This document shows positions 28,531 through 42,857 of a stretch of 64,000 nt of DNA, piece after piece. The stretch is taken from assembly GCA_951406725.2 (NCBI GenBank), contig OX597821.1, positions 10,168,001-10,232,000 of the forward strand, read 5' to 3'. Both the position numbers and the translations under genes were made by a program. The stretch comes from Octopus vulgaris (taxonomy: Eukaryota). Each line of letters begins with the position of its first letter. The first letter of the stretch is position 1. Below the pieces are notes generated by a model that saw nothing but the letters and a program-made list of their open reading frames with translations, did no database searches and had not been told where the DNA came from.

Positions 28531-29620
28531 ACCTTAGCAACAAAGACCAAACATTCACTGTATCTAAATGCCATGATAGCCGATGTGGTACGTGCCAATT
28601 CATACATACCGGCCAATATATAAACACAAAAACCGGTGAAATATTCACAAACGCGAATATGAACTGCAAAAGCAGAAATTTAATTTACTGCATCAAATGC
28701 CCAAATAGTGAAGAAATATATGTAGGTCAGAGGGGAAACGCACTATCAGAACGCTCACGTGTACACCGGCAACAGATTAGAGACCCAGAGGTCCGTCAGA
28801 TACCTTTGAGTAACCACCTAGGAACATGTGGCCGGAAAATGTATATAATATTTCCATTCTACAAATTACACAGCCCAAGTGAAATCGAGAGGAAAATCAG
28901 AGAAAAGAATTTTATTGATAAATTCGAACCCAAGCTGAATAAGCAATAATAATAATAATACTTAGAGGTACTACTTCTACTGCTACGACCATGACCACTA
29001 ACAACAACAACAATACTAAAGGTGATCAAGATGAAGATAGCAGGAAAATTATCTTATTTAGGGTTAAAAGTTATATTGCCACCACCATCACCACTAGCAA
29101 CAATAATTAAGGTGCTGACAATGATGATGATGACAATTGAAATATGAAAATATATAAAAATCTCTGACAAAGGCTATTTACAACATTTCTAAAAATAACC
29201 CAACAATTGCTGCTTCGGCCAGGGTCAAGATACAGGACTCTTGACATGTCCAACAAAGCGTGACGCCTAAACCAATCAACTCAACCAACCAATCAGCTTA
29301 AGTAATTGAGTGATTCTACACACTGATTGGTTAGAATACAGTTTGCAAAACCTAGCACTCTGGAGCCTACCCAGCTGTATTTATAGCACAGAATCAATCA
29401 TCTTGCTACAGTCAAAAATTGTGAAGCATGACTGTCACCACTACTACATGAACCCGAAGATTGCAGAATTTAAATGCATGAAAGTACTAGTTCAATGAGA
29501 ATGAACATTTAACATTCTATTTTATTGTATTCTATTATAATATATTATCTTATAATATATCATTATAAGATTGTAAATAAAACGTGAAAATCAGACAAGG
29601 TTGGAATTCCTTTTATTAAC
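28530..29620 (+). mobile_element. 5'-truncated Penelope-like (Neptune-type) element: GIY-YIG endonuclease plus pLTR
   Basis: ORF ending at 28949: KCHDSRCGTC..NCKSRNLIYCIKC..IYVGQ..LSERSRVH..LSNHL..EKNFIDKFEPKLN. HHR downstream at 29449. Confidence 0.9.
29449..29494 (+). ncRNA. Minimal type I hammerhead ribozyme (U4C in core)
   Basis: tgaac CCGAAGA t tgca-gaatttaaa-tgca t GAAA gtac TA gttca: stem I 5 bp, palindromic AGTACT. Confidence 0.8.
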
Positions 29621-29719
29621 ATATTCTTCTATACACAATCACACACACCCATATATATATTATAGATAGATAGAAAGACAGACAGGCAGACGGATAGATA
29701 GATAGATAAATAGATAGAC

Positions 29720-29773
<54 letters not shown>

Positions 29774-29914
29774 GTAGATAGATGGATAGGTATATATGTA
29801 TATATATATATATATATATATAGATAGATAGATAGGTAGATAGATAGACAGATAGATAGATATATATATAGATAGATAGATACATACATACATACATAGT
29901 TATAGATATGGGTA

Positions 29915-30240
29915 TGTGAAATCGCGTGGTTCAGTGGTCACGGATTTCGCCCTTACTTTTGTAATTTCAATTCCCTGCGAGGCGTTGTGATCTTGAGCAA
30001 GACGATATATTTCACGTTATTCCAGTGCAATCGGCTGACAAATATTAGTAGGGCATGTATTTCAAAAAAGGGCCAGACTTGCCACATTCTCTGTCATGAT
30101 GAAGTTCCCAGTGAACTGAACTACGTTAAGTGTACCCGTGTCTGTGGGTTGCTCAGCCATTTGCACGTTAATTTCATGAGCAAGCTGTTCCGTTGATCGT
30201 AGCAACTGGAACCTATGTCGTTGTAACCGACGGACGACCA
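29915..30240 (+). mobile_element. tRNA-derived SINE, second family
   Basis: cgcgtggttcagtggtca head and cttgagcaagac..tttcacgtt core, shared with 50916-51150. Confidence 0.65.
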
Positions 30241-30268
30241 GTATAGAATACTATACTATACTATACTA

Positions 30269-30329
<61 letters not shown>

Positions 30330-30576
30330 ATATTTCAACGTTTATAGTTTATTTTGTATTTAACATATTGCAATACGTAATACTTACCGACATTTCGCTG
30401 CTTAATATTTATATATATATATCTGTTAGAAAACATTGCACAGAATCTCTGAATCTCACAGATGCCCTCCTTCATCCATTTTATGCGTATTATATAGATT
30501 GAAATCATCCGTTTGCGATTCGCTAGGTTATTTTTATGCGTGTCATCAATTGTCTCACTCCAACACAAACATAAAC

Positions 30577-30646
<70 letters not shown>

Positions 30647-30999
30647 GCATGAATATAAGCACACACACATGGATATAAAAGCGCTCGCGCACACACACGC
30701 ACGTACACGCATACACACCACAACACACATACACATAATACAAACACACGAACAACCCCATATATCTATATGAAATTCCAATTCTCATTCATAACTAGAT
30801 TTACATGTAGATGTTTACGTAATACAATAGCATGTTAATATTTTCATCAAATTTATATTTCCTTTTGGTTTTTTGTATATTCTGCATTATGACCAATTCT
30901 TTTTTTTTTAACAAAGATGAATAATGTTACGGAAATGCAGGGGAATTCACTTTTCGAAAATCTATATGTAACATCTACAGTGAAAAGTGATCATTATAT

Positions 31000-32600
31000 C
31001 TTAAAAGCTACAATATGTTGTTGTATTTATATAATAAGTGTTTTGCCGAGATATGTATAGTCCCTACAATTCCTTGAAGAACCACTAACAATAATGGAGA
31101 GAATGTTAAATGTGGGAAGCAAGTTCTCATGGAAGTTGTTCGCTATTCGGCGTGCTTTGGAGAATTTGATTTTCATATTAATGTGGATGAACTTCAGTTG
31201 ACATTAATATTGCTTTTCCTGAAGCACAAAGGATACCTTGCTTTCAGAGGCTGCCATGGGACTCCGACAGTCACATTGTTACTGTGGCTCAAACGAATTT
31301 AGCTACGGAGTTAAATCATATGCTATTAGATAGTATACGTCTCACTAGGAACATATGAACGCATTCTTTTTAGCAAGGAAAATCAACTGCCGAAACACGC
31401 AACTTTGAACATGAAGGAGCATACAGGTTCTAACCGCTCAGGCCATACACAAAACTGTTGCGTAAAATATCAGAAGTGCATCCAAGATCCGCTGGTAGAT
31501 TTCACTGACTTTACTGGAATTCGATTGCACATATATCATGTTTACGAAGACGAAGATTACTGAAAGCATTTGTAGCTTTGACTATCTGGTTGTCTATTTC
31601 ATCACCAAAGTAACACTTGAGCTCATTCTTCTCCCCACATATGTTTAGGATTCTTAATCATTGTTACTGTTGGAAACTGATTGAAATGATTGCCACCTCT
31701 AATTTTCCTGAGGATGGACCTTGGTTGCTGGACGGTTTCCGTTTCAATCTCAGTCTCAGTCTGGAGGTGAGACCGAATGATTCTGGAGGTGAGACCGAAC
31801 TATAGGATAGATGTCACATCCCATGCAGCTTCAGTACAAAACGAGAATTCACGCAAAGTAGCCATATGCAAAAGTGTTCTGGTGTTAAACCATTTATAAC
31901 TGCAGGGACTGCAGTGGGTACAGGATGGGAATTGTATACCCGAGTGATGACCACTTGAATGCAGTGAGACTGAAACGGAAGATGCTTTGATTCCTTGCAT
32001 AGAAGGATATTATGTCTATCATTTTAGAAAAAAACAATGTTTGTTTTGAGAACTATACACAGAGCTTTTCAGTTACCTGTGTCTAAGACACATATCCTAT
32101 TCATGATATTTTTTCTCATGTATATCCTCGGAAATTTTAGAAATGTAAACGATCATGTGATACCGCATCCTGATCTAATATCTCTTTGCAACATTTCATA
32201 GGCATCATCGATAAACTCACTGATTTCATTTGTAATACAGTGGAGATAGATATTTCTAAGATATCGCAAGCAGCTATTTTATAAAAGATGCTATGTGGAT
32301 GCCTGCTCGTAGGCCTTATGACCCACGAGCAATTCGATATCATCTCATACTTCTTTTACATCTTTCAAGAATGCTTCAACAGAAAACCTCAGGATACCTG
32401 GCCATTCCGGAATGAAATAATTACAATTTGATGATACAGCAAGAGTAATGAAAAAAAAAAACCTGTTACAATACAAAGCAATATCTTTTTTTCTTTTTTT
32501 GATTTCCATGTGGAGAGAATACCCTTCCTATCAATGATATGGGGCTCATTACTATAGAAGAGATGAGGCATGTAACAATTTTCTAGAGGCTACAAACAGC
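31000..32600 (-). mobile_element. Decayed LINE RT fragments (RTE-like ~31000-31700; CR1/L2-like ~32000-32600)
   Basis: Minus GDEIDNQIVKATNAFSNLR and SETYT (RTE-like), plus DAVSHDRL (AFDxVSH motif). Confidence 0.45.
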
Positions 32601-33455
32601 ATTTTGAGACCGTCATAGGAATCTTTCGATATCTTGCTCACAATTTCCGAGCCATATTTATATACATTTACGTTCGTTCGAAGGTTCACAATCGCCCATT
32701 TTGTTTTACGTCTCTGTCCATCGTCCGTCCACTAATTGTCTCGTCTCGAATTATACTTATTCTACATTTGAATGTTACGTTTCTGCATCGCATGGTTGTG
32801 TGATTCTTGGTTGTTTTTTTATGTCTTGTTTTTTGGCTAGCCGATTCGCGGTGGCGTATTCACCGTCGGCGCCTCGAACTAGGGTTTTAATATTACCGTT
32901 AAAGCGTGAATTGCGTTTAACACTCTAGTCGATAACTGAAGATTTCGGGATCATTTGTGTCTGTTTCTGAATTCATTATATGTTTTTAACTTGTATATGT
33001 GTGTGTGTGTTTGTGTGTGTGTGTTCAGAATTCAAGCGAATAAGATCCTAAGATAGTAAAGCACCAACGACGGGTCAATGAAATCGCTATAATGTTCAAA
33101 ACAACATTAGAAGAACATATAGGCGCATATCGGGGAAGATGACGGATGCATATTTCAATTGCATGCACGATCACAAGCGTCCGACTGAATATATCACGAA
33201 ACATAAACATGTATCCAGGTACAAACGCTGCACCAATTGTAATAGACTCCAGACCTATATTAATTGTAGGCTCCAAGAAAGGTGAATTTCAAACACGTGA
33301 ATGGCGCATTAGCTGAACGGGAAAGACCGTTGTCAAAATGTCAGCAATCTACTAAATGGATAATTAATAGACAGAAATAAAACACTGGAGGAATGAGATA
33401 CGTTTAATCCGTCTCGCTTGAAAATATTTTCGTCATGATGTATGTGTGTGTATAT

Positions 33456-33647
<192 letters not shown>

Positions 33648-33659
33648 TGGAGGAATGAT

Positions 33660-34200
33660 GCGTGACGTTCAATCATATAATAATAAATATATATATATAT
33701 ATATGCATATGTGGGCACAGGACGTCACAAAATGTAAACAAGAAAAATACGAAGTCTGAGGATATGGATTATGAAATTTTGGGGCGAAAATAAACAACAA
33801 ATGAAAAACAAGCCAAACAAAACAACGAACGACTCTACATCAGTTGGCGGCAGTCTTTTCTAATCCGTATTTCGAGCAATTCACGACAAGATACGCCTTC
33901 GATAAAACAGTTGCTACTGCAAAGCAAATTAAATAAAATTTGGGATTTTGCGGAGGGACAGAATTGGTGACAAAAACAGGACACTGGAAACTAACAAGAA
34001 GGGCTGCTAAACTTAAACGAGGCTGTGGCGGCGAACACGAGGGAGAAAAAGAGGGCAGGGAGAGGTAGAAAGCTATGAAAGAAGGGGAGAAAAAGGGAAT
34101 TAGAGAAGGATGGACGAAGAAAAGAGTATAGAAAAGAGTCGCATCAAAAAGGTGAAGATAAAAGTATTTGGAAACGGATGCGTTGTGTTCAATTAAATAA
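33660..34200 (-). mobile_element. pLTR-like repeat within microsatellites
   Basis: Colinear homology with 19900-20240. Carries a permuted HHR-like motif at 33831-33877. Confidence 0.55.
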
Positions 34201-34215
34201 TAATAACAATAAATA

Positions 34216-34283
<68 letters not shown>

Positions 34284-34685
34284 ATGTGTGTGTGTGTCTG
34301 TGTGTGTGTGTGTGTCTGTGTGTGTGTGTGTCTGTGTCTGTGTGTCTGTGTCTGTGTGTGACATGGCAAAATGTGAGCATGGAAAATCATATTCTTAAGA
34401 TTATAAACTTGGCGCAGGAGTGGCTGTGTGTGTATGTGTTTGTGTGTCTGTGTTTGTCCCCATAGCATTGCTTGACAACCGATGCTGGTGTTTTTACGTC
34501 CCCGTCACTTAGCGGTTCGGCGAAAGAGACCGATAGAATTAGTACTGGGCTTAGAAAGTATAAGTGCCGGGGTCGAGTTGCTCGACTAAAGGTGGTGCTC
34601 CAGCATGGCCGCAGTCAAATAACTGAAACAATTAAAAGAGTAAAAGAGTAAAAGTGTTCGAAAAGTACCGGAGAAGTTTTTACAT

Positions 34686-35036
34686 GTGTAAAAGTATAGG
34701 ACAACCTATTATTTCTAGTAAAGTAAAGAATAAGGAACTTTTTATTTGAAATAATGCAGCAAAGAATGTCACTTATAATTTACCACTCTTTACAGTTCTA
34801 AAATTTAAAATTTATTGTACAAAACTGTTCAGCTAATTTGTAAGTTTGTCTAGTCACTTTTTTTTTCTGTATTTAAGGTAGTAAGTTAGCCAAATTCTAT
34901 TTAAATTAGTATAATGTTATTTGTAAACTATAATAAAATAATTTTTAATATTCAAAGTTCAATTTTAGCAGCAGTATTTTAAGTAAAAAGTTTCTTATTC
35001 TCTACTAGAAGTAATAGCTTGTCGTATACTTGCACG
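34686..35036. repeat. Diverged inverted repeat / foldback
   Basis: agtataggacaacctattatttctagta..aagaataaggaactttttattt pairs with agtaaaaagtttcttattct..tactagaagtaatagcttgtcgtatact. Confidence 0.7.
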
Positions 35037-35367
35037 GGTGTAATAATTTGTCCTATTCTTTCCAGGTTTATAGTCTTAAGAATATAACTTTTCATCCTCG
35101 CATTTTTCCATGTCATCCATGATATTTCCAGGCATTGCTTTTATAAGATAATTAATAATGTGTCAATAATTTAAGATTTTACTTTATAAAACACTGAAAG
35201 ATAATATTTCAATTGTTCCCTGTAAGTGACGATAATATTTCAATTTTTTAAAAGTTTAATTTAAATATATGTTGTGATTGAATTAATTGATATTATCCAT
35301 CCACACCAAGTATATGTCAGGGAATTTTACCGAGGTGGAATGTCTTTAATGATAGGCTTGCTGTATC

Positions 35368-36012
35368 AGGGTTTATTTTAGACAAAATAGCAAAATCATG
35401 ATAAATTTCTATATTAACACCTGCACGATTTTCACTTGGATTTTTTGCGTGGAATCAAGTACCCTAACCTACTGATATGCTGCAAATCCTTTATTCTGGT
35501 TCGGAAAAGGGGAACGCGAGGTGGAAACACCACCATCCCAGAATCATTGGAATTTTTTGCGTTGAATGAATTCGTGTAACCTACTAATATGTTACAAAAC
35601 CCTTTTCGGGATCCGAAAAACGAGGTTGGGTGAGATGGAACCGTGGGAAATTTCACCCCAACCCGTTGATCTTTTCACCCGCACGATTTTCACTAAGGTA
35701 AAAAAAAATATAAAAAAGGCTTCCCCCTCATTCCACCCCGTTCGTCGGACACGGAAAATGGTTTCGTAGCATTTCGTAGTAAGTCACAGGAATTAATTCA
35801 ACGAAAATCAAATTTCCAGTGATTCCGAGATTGGAGGTGGGTCCACCTCGGCCGATCACAGTTTTTCCGAACGAAAAGAAGGGATTTGCAGAATATTAGG
35901 AGGTCAGAGTACTTGATTCCACGAAAAAATCCCATTTTTGTGTGTATTTTTTAGTGTGGGTGTTAATATAGAAATTTCCCGTCATGTTGTTAATTTGCCT
36001 CAAATTAACCCT
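35368..36012. mobile_element. ~640-bp palindromic foldback/MITE-like element
   Basis: Nested arms: 35403-35421/35959-35977, 35438-35507/35863-35931 and 35549-35607/35754-35809. Confidence 0.75.
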
Positions 36013-36014
36013 TG

Positions 36015-36087
<73 letters not shown>

Positions 36088-36108
36088 GTATATATATGTA
36101 TATATATG

Positions 36109-36139
<31 letters not shown>

Positions 36140-36152
36140 GTATATATATATG

Positions 36153-36199
<47 letters not shown>

Positions 36200-36232
36200 G
36201 TATATATATACATATGTATATATATGTATATC

Positions 36233-36300
<68 letters not shown>

Positions 36301-36332
36301 CATATGTATATATATGTATATCTATTTATTTA

Positions 36333-36361
<29 letters not shown>

Positions 36362-36367
<6 letters not shown>

Positions 36368-37039
36368 ATAGTAAATAGAGGTAATAAAATAAATTATTAT
36401 TACCAGTGGTCTAGCACAAAAGACAAATTAGTCATTAGACTATATGTTATTCATATATAACTACATTAAAATGCCTCTAAAAGAAGAAGCAAGTACTAGA
36501 TACACGAAAAGGGGATAAATTCATGAAATGGAATGAAAATCCAAAACGTTTACCAACTCAGCTAATCCTGTACTGCAGTTTCCTCTTTTTTTTTTTCAAA
36601 TGAATATAATTTATCTGCCAAGGCTAGACTCATCAGCAAGCAGCCTTTGTAATCCTAGAAGTATATATCGTTAGAAGCACGTGCAAATCTAACGACCTGC
36701 ATTCTCTAACTTTTCAAACCAGTGCGCAGACGCAAAACATCCCCCGCGAACAGAGAGGATGCCGGTAGAAGGTCTACGAGCAAATTTATCGAACAATATG
36801 TAAACATAGTAAACAGGGTAATAAAAATAAATTATTATTACCAGTGACCTAGCACAAAAGACAAATTAGTCATTAGACTATATGTTATTCATATATAAGT
36901 ACATTAAAAGGCATCTAAAAGAAGAAGCAAGTACTAGATACACAAAAAGGGGATAAATTCGTGAAATGGAAACAAAATCATGCATTTTTCCCCTTTTCGT
37001 GTATCTAGTACTTCCTTCTTGTTTTAGAGGCCGTTTAGT

Positions 37040-37045
<6 letters not shown>
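36362..37045 (-). mobile_element. Non-autonomous PLE: tandem partial pLTRs plus short inverted pLTR, within (TA)n
   Basis: Direct repeat 36362-36532 / 36802-36972, inverted copy ~36988-37043, HHR between the direct repeats. Confidence 0.85.
36567..36640 (-). ncRNA. Type I hammerhead ribozyme
   Basis: Reverse complement: cttg CTGATGA gtct..agag GAAA ctgcag TA cagg. Palindromic ACTGCAGT, GUA site. Confidence 0.8.
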
Positions 37046-37097
<52 letters not shown>

Positions 37098-38798
37098 CAT
37101 GCATACATGCATACATGCATATATACATACATACATATATGCACACGCTAGTAAATGTGCACCTATATAATGTCTACCTAGTTCATTTGAAAAATGAATG
37201 CAAGTAGAAACAATTTTTTTTTTCGAAAATGTCAACGTAATTTGATCATTTTTCATTTCCTTCCCATCACAGAAATAGGTTTCATTGTTTGTCTTTAGAC
37301 ATTATATTTTAGCATTCCTAAACTTAATTTCCTAATTTGACTCATTGCTGGTGACTGTAGCACACTGACACTGTCGCACATATATGTAATTATGTTCATA
37401 TACAACGCTATATGTAATAACGAAACGCTAAATAATGATCACATTCAAATTTCTCACAAACTCTTTCGATGAAAATCTGACCAATATTTTTAGGTTTCTC
37501 AAAGAATCTTTCAACATCACTTTTGCAGTCACAACATAACTGTGATTTTCTAAGGTTGCCACAATTCTTCGTACAGAATTGTTCTCTTGTAGCCGTTATC
37601 TAATTTATCTGAATATATCTGGGGAAGATACAACGTGTAAATAAACATAAAACATTTAATTTTGCGTCTCGTATAAAACATTACGAAGTTCAATATAAAA
37701 CCTACGGAAATCCCCTATCTGAGCCTGACTTATTTATCACACCGATTTCTTCTTTTGATAATCTAATTTTTACCTTCTCTTTTTGAATGTTATAATATTT
37801 GATTATAATATACAGTGGCTCTCTAAACTATACACACATTCCTAAAATTTGTTTCTCTCCTGTTCGCTGCATCAATTAACCGGGACAGGCGGAGATTAAT
37901 AAAATATACTGATGTTGGTTTTGGTTTCAAAATATAAACAAAAGTACATCCCTGACCATATTGGAATTCAGATCGTAACTACACACAGCATAATACATCT
38001 AGGGACAGGTATCATTTATCCATCACCGAGTACTCTTGTCGACTTATAGAGAAGTCAAAATTAAAATAAATCGTCAACAGGAGATTTCTGAAGAAAACAT
38101 GTAGTCCATCATTAATGGATTATTGTTCAGCTACAAAATTCAATAGAGTACTGGAATCGATATAATTGATCCGTCCACAGTAAATACTGACATTATGACA
38201 AAATTCTTAAATCGATATTATGATTGAATTTAGTTTGATAAGACATATTAAAAATAATTCGAAATGGTATGATTGAGAGCAAACGCAAGATAGTTCGTAG
38301 AAAAGATAACCGGGTGGCCCTGTGGTGAGAAGCTTGCTTCCCAGCTACATGGTTAGGGTCTCAGCGTGGCACTTTGGGTAGGTGCATTCTGCTATACCCT
38401 CCGGCCGACCAGCGCCTTGTGATAGACGGAAGCTGTCGTAAATATATATATTCATGCGCGCGTATGCGTATGTGTATTTGTGAGTGTGTCTGAGTTTGTC
38501 TGCCCCAGCTACTGGACACCGGTGTTGGTGTGTTTGAGGCCCTGTAACTTAGCAGCTAAAAAAAAGATAGCGTTAGAATCATTACTAGGCTTAAAACGTC
38601 CCGAGTTCGTTTTAGTCGAAAATTTCCTAAATAGATCAGTTAGCTCATTTCTGCTAACGATGTAATTTTTCTGAGAAATTTAACCCGGAGCTTTCACTAG
38701 CCACATGAATCAAGAAGTTGAAAGCTGCGAGCTTTTTACATTCGGCCCGCGGTTTTGCTTTTACCTTGTAATGAAAAGAAAGCGCGAAAAAGGCAAAC

Positions 38799-38876
<78 letters not shown>

Positions 38877-38905
38877 GGTGGTGGTGGCAGTAGTAGTAGT
38901 AGTAA

Positions 38906-38971
<66 letters not shown>

Positions 38972-39025
38972 GAGTTGTAGTAATAGGAGTTGTAGTAGTG
39001 GCAGCATCAGTAGTAGTAGTAGTAT
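38799..39025. repeat. (GTA)n/(GTG)n trinucleotide repeat
   Basis: Direct reading. Explains the poly-T/L/V ORFs. Confidence 0.97.
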
Positions 39026-40465
39026 TAGGATAAGAAGAAGTAGCAGTAACAAAACCGGTTTTAAGATAGATATTAACAGAGAAGTGGTAGAAAAATACAC
39101 GCAAAAAACATAGAACATACGTAGGAAAACAGATAAACGCACACAATGAGACTCAGTGTCCGCTCTGTATAGTGTCGACGACGCTACCTTGGGTTTTCTA
39201 TATACTTAGAATGAAGAGAAACAGAGATAAAGAGAGGAAAACGAGATGAAGGAAGATAAAGACATTGTGATCACAACGGAAGCTAGAACGATAAATCACA
39301 GCTATAAATTAATGCGCCGGTTTCGAACATACTCCTCCTGTACGTTATCCATAATTATATGTTACATGACTATATTGTTAAAAACATTGAGATGATAGAG
39401 GTTATTATTGATTACATTCGGTAATACAGTTGATGGGAGCAATCAAAGACCAAGTTATCCATAAATTTGTCATCCTTATCTTATATACACACACAATCAC
39501 AGACACACACAAATATATGTGTATATACGTATATGTATATACATGTATGTGTACTGTGTGTGTGTCTAGGTCTACGTATATAAATATATGTGTGTGTGTG
39601 TGTATACATATATGCATTCATATGTGCATATGTGTATGCGCGTGCATGTCTGAGTGTGTATGCATGTGTGTGTGCTCGTGCATGTGTTTGCGTGTATGTG
39701 TGCCAGTGTATAATTTTGTCAACAATATCTAAAGTTGTCATTGTTATCATATTGACTTTATATTTCACCATTTAATCACCATGTTAGATTGGTGGCATAC
39801 ATCACTTTGGAGTAGTTTGAGAATTGTATATAAAACGGATATAATAAACAAAAAAAAACAACATACACTTATCAGTTAGTATAGGAGATATATGCAAAAA
39901 TCTGGGACCCATCAAATATCTCGATTTTTTATGTTATATTTATTATTATCCTTTACTATCTTTTCTTTGAGAGATAGCGAACGAGAAATATCTGGGTAGA
40001 TACTGGAAAATAACAGATCTACAAGGTTTGGGCTTTTCTTAATGTTGTCTGAAGACATGATACAAATCCCTAATAAAAACTTTTGTTATCGAAAGCAATA
40101 TCCACCTAGGTCTAAGTTGTTGTCGTTGTTGTAGCACTATTGTTTTTGCTGTATATCAACTTGAAATCGCCAGTATGTACTAAATTCAGATCAAATCGGT
40201 TATTTAGGATTATATGACCTCATGTATATCCATTCAATTTTGGTTTACCCTTTTACTTGTTTCAGTTATTGCACTGACGCCAAGTTTAGACACCGACCTA
40301 GGCTAATAATCAGATAACTTGCTACCAGTATTTAATAACATTAAAGTCAAAAGAATTTGAATCGAGGAAATGTTGCTGGATCGCCACAATGAGTGAGCGA
40401 TAAAAAGGAACTCAAATCAGTTTTGCAGCGGTATAGGGGTAAGCAAATGCTATCATATGTAATTC

Positions 40466-40513
<48 letters not shown>

Positions 40514-40970
40514 TTTTATTCTTTTGCACTTTTTTCGTATCAGATAAATGGGTGTGGCCATACTGGAGTAACGTCTTTAGCCGACGCCATGACTTATTAT
40601 TGAGAGGGCTAGTACTTATTCTGTGGTTCTATTTTGCGGCAAGACTAGGTTACGGGGACGAACCACAGCAACATCTGTTGTCAAGCAATGGAGTAGGAAC
40701 ATGCACATATACAGACCCATATATATATATGTGTGTGTGTGTGTGTATAATATACAACAGGCTTCTTTCAGTTTCCGTCTACAAAATCCACTCTCAACAC
40801 ATTTTTTGTCTAATAGAGATTGTAGCAGAAGACACTTGCCGAAGGTTTTACGCAGTGGGTCTGAATTCGGAACCATGCGGTTGGGAACCAAGCTCCTTAG
40901 CACATAGCCACTCCTGCGTCTATGTACTTTCCCATATATTTATATATAAACGTATGTGTGCATGCATGCT

Positions 40971-41039
<69 letters not shown>

Positions 41040-41344
41040 ACTGTATCTGATTTGATCGGATACAACATCAGTTAGTTGTCGTTTTCCAGGCACTATGAAG
41101 GTAATACGCAATCTCGTTGATTTGATAAAAAAAAAAGTTAAATTCCATGTTTGGGGCATAAACTTTTATACCTGCATTCATATATCTCAGTAGGAATAAT
41201 TCTTGATTCATGTCTATGGAAATGTTGTCGGTGAATAATGTTAGATAAAATGAACTACACTAAAACATGTACTAAAAAAAATTACCCGGTTTTCTTCCGT
41301 ATCTTCACTGGTACATATAAATATATATACAGACACACCTGCTT

Positions 41345-42542
41345 GGAAACACCTAGCATCATGGCATCATAAAATTGAAATATCTATAAAACCCTCATAA
41401 GCTTGTTTATTTTTGTTGTTTGATTTATTATTAGTGTTGCTTAATATATTTTGCTACATTTGCTGTTTCTTTTCAGATATCATCAGAAAAGGTAATTAAA
41501 ATTCATTTAGATGGCAGATCTATCGGATTTTCAAATAAGTCAAATTGTTGATGCTCTTAGGGCAGACGCTAGCGTGACGAAAACGCCCGAAATGTTTGTT
41601 GTATCAAGAAGTACTTTCTCGAAAGAAATGGCAGCCTTTGAGAAAGAGGGAAAATCCTACTCGTCGAAATAAAACTCCGGAAGAAACCCAAAACATTCAG
41701 ATAGAGGCTGTCGGACTCTTAAGCAAATTGTTAAAAAGGATCACAAAAGTACAGCTCCCAAAATTAATGCAGTGCTTAATGACCACATCGAGGAGTCAGT
41801 TTCCACAAAGACCTGTTCGCCGGGAGCTGCACAAAGCCGGATTTCCCGGGAGGGCTGCAATCAGAAAAAACATTATTTTCAAAAACCAACGTTGCAAAAC
41901 GTTTAGAGTGGAGTAAAGCCTACAGAATCGGTCCCTAGATCAGTGGAAGAAAGTTATTTTCTCGGACGAGTCATCCTTTAAACTTATTTCCGACCGCTGG
42001 CCGTGTATGCGTGTGGAGACGGCCAAGAGAATCATTTGATCCAAACAGCCTCCTTCCAACTGTTAGACATGGAGGAGAATCTGTGATGATCTGGGAAATC
42101 CGCCAGTCCAGTGGTTTCCCTTCATGGCAGACTTAATACACAAAACTATTTATGCATTTTATCCCATCAAATTCATCCTATGTTTGCGGAATGGTTTCTG
42201 GAGGGAAACGCAATCTTTCACGATAATAACACACTCGTTCCGCTAAAATTGTTACAGAATAGCACGAGGAACATTCTTGAAGTTCAACAACAGCAACTTA
42301 TCTGGCCACCAGAGTCCCCAGATATCAATATCATTGAACAGCAACATCACTACGAGAACTGGAGACTGTTTTAGCTGAAGAATGGACAAAAATTCCTTTG
42401 GAAACAATTCAAACGTTGTACGAGTCTATACCTAAGACAAACAACTCAAGCAGTAATTACTGCCAAAAGTAGTCCTGCCCCATATTAAAATTAATTTATC
42501 TTAAATTTTAAGCTGTTTCCATTATTTTGTCCAACCCCTTTA
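41345..42542 (+). mobile_element. Tc1-family DNA transposon with pseudogenised transposase (41511-~42487)
   Basis: MADLSDFQISQIV..VSRST, RRELHKAGFPGRAA, WKKVIFSDES, IFHDNN and WPPESPDINIIE. Right TIR gtttccattattttgtccaacccc; left TIR reduced to tggaaac. Confidence 0.92.
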
Positions 42543-42548
42543 TGTGTG

Positions 42549-42607
<59 letters not shown>

Positions 42608-42780
42608 CTGCTCGCTTAGCCAGCGGGGTGGCGTCATTTGAAGGCTAAAACAATGCGAAGCGCATTGTGACCAGCGATGTGTAGCAACATCTTATAGCCT
42701 GGTCAGTCACGGTGATCACGGTGATATATATATATAAGTATGTGTATGTATGTGAATATATGTTTCTGTATATGTATGTA

Positions 42781-42857
<77 letters not shown>

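Noticed and set aside
33025-33400. Second Tc1/mariner C-terminal fragment
   Set aside because: Only a PDL-like word and vague similarity; too decayed to call.
38654-39146. Mucin-like poly-Thr or poly-Leu ORFs
   Set aside because: Produced by a (GTA)n repeat, with no supporting exon structure.
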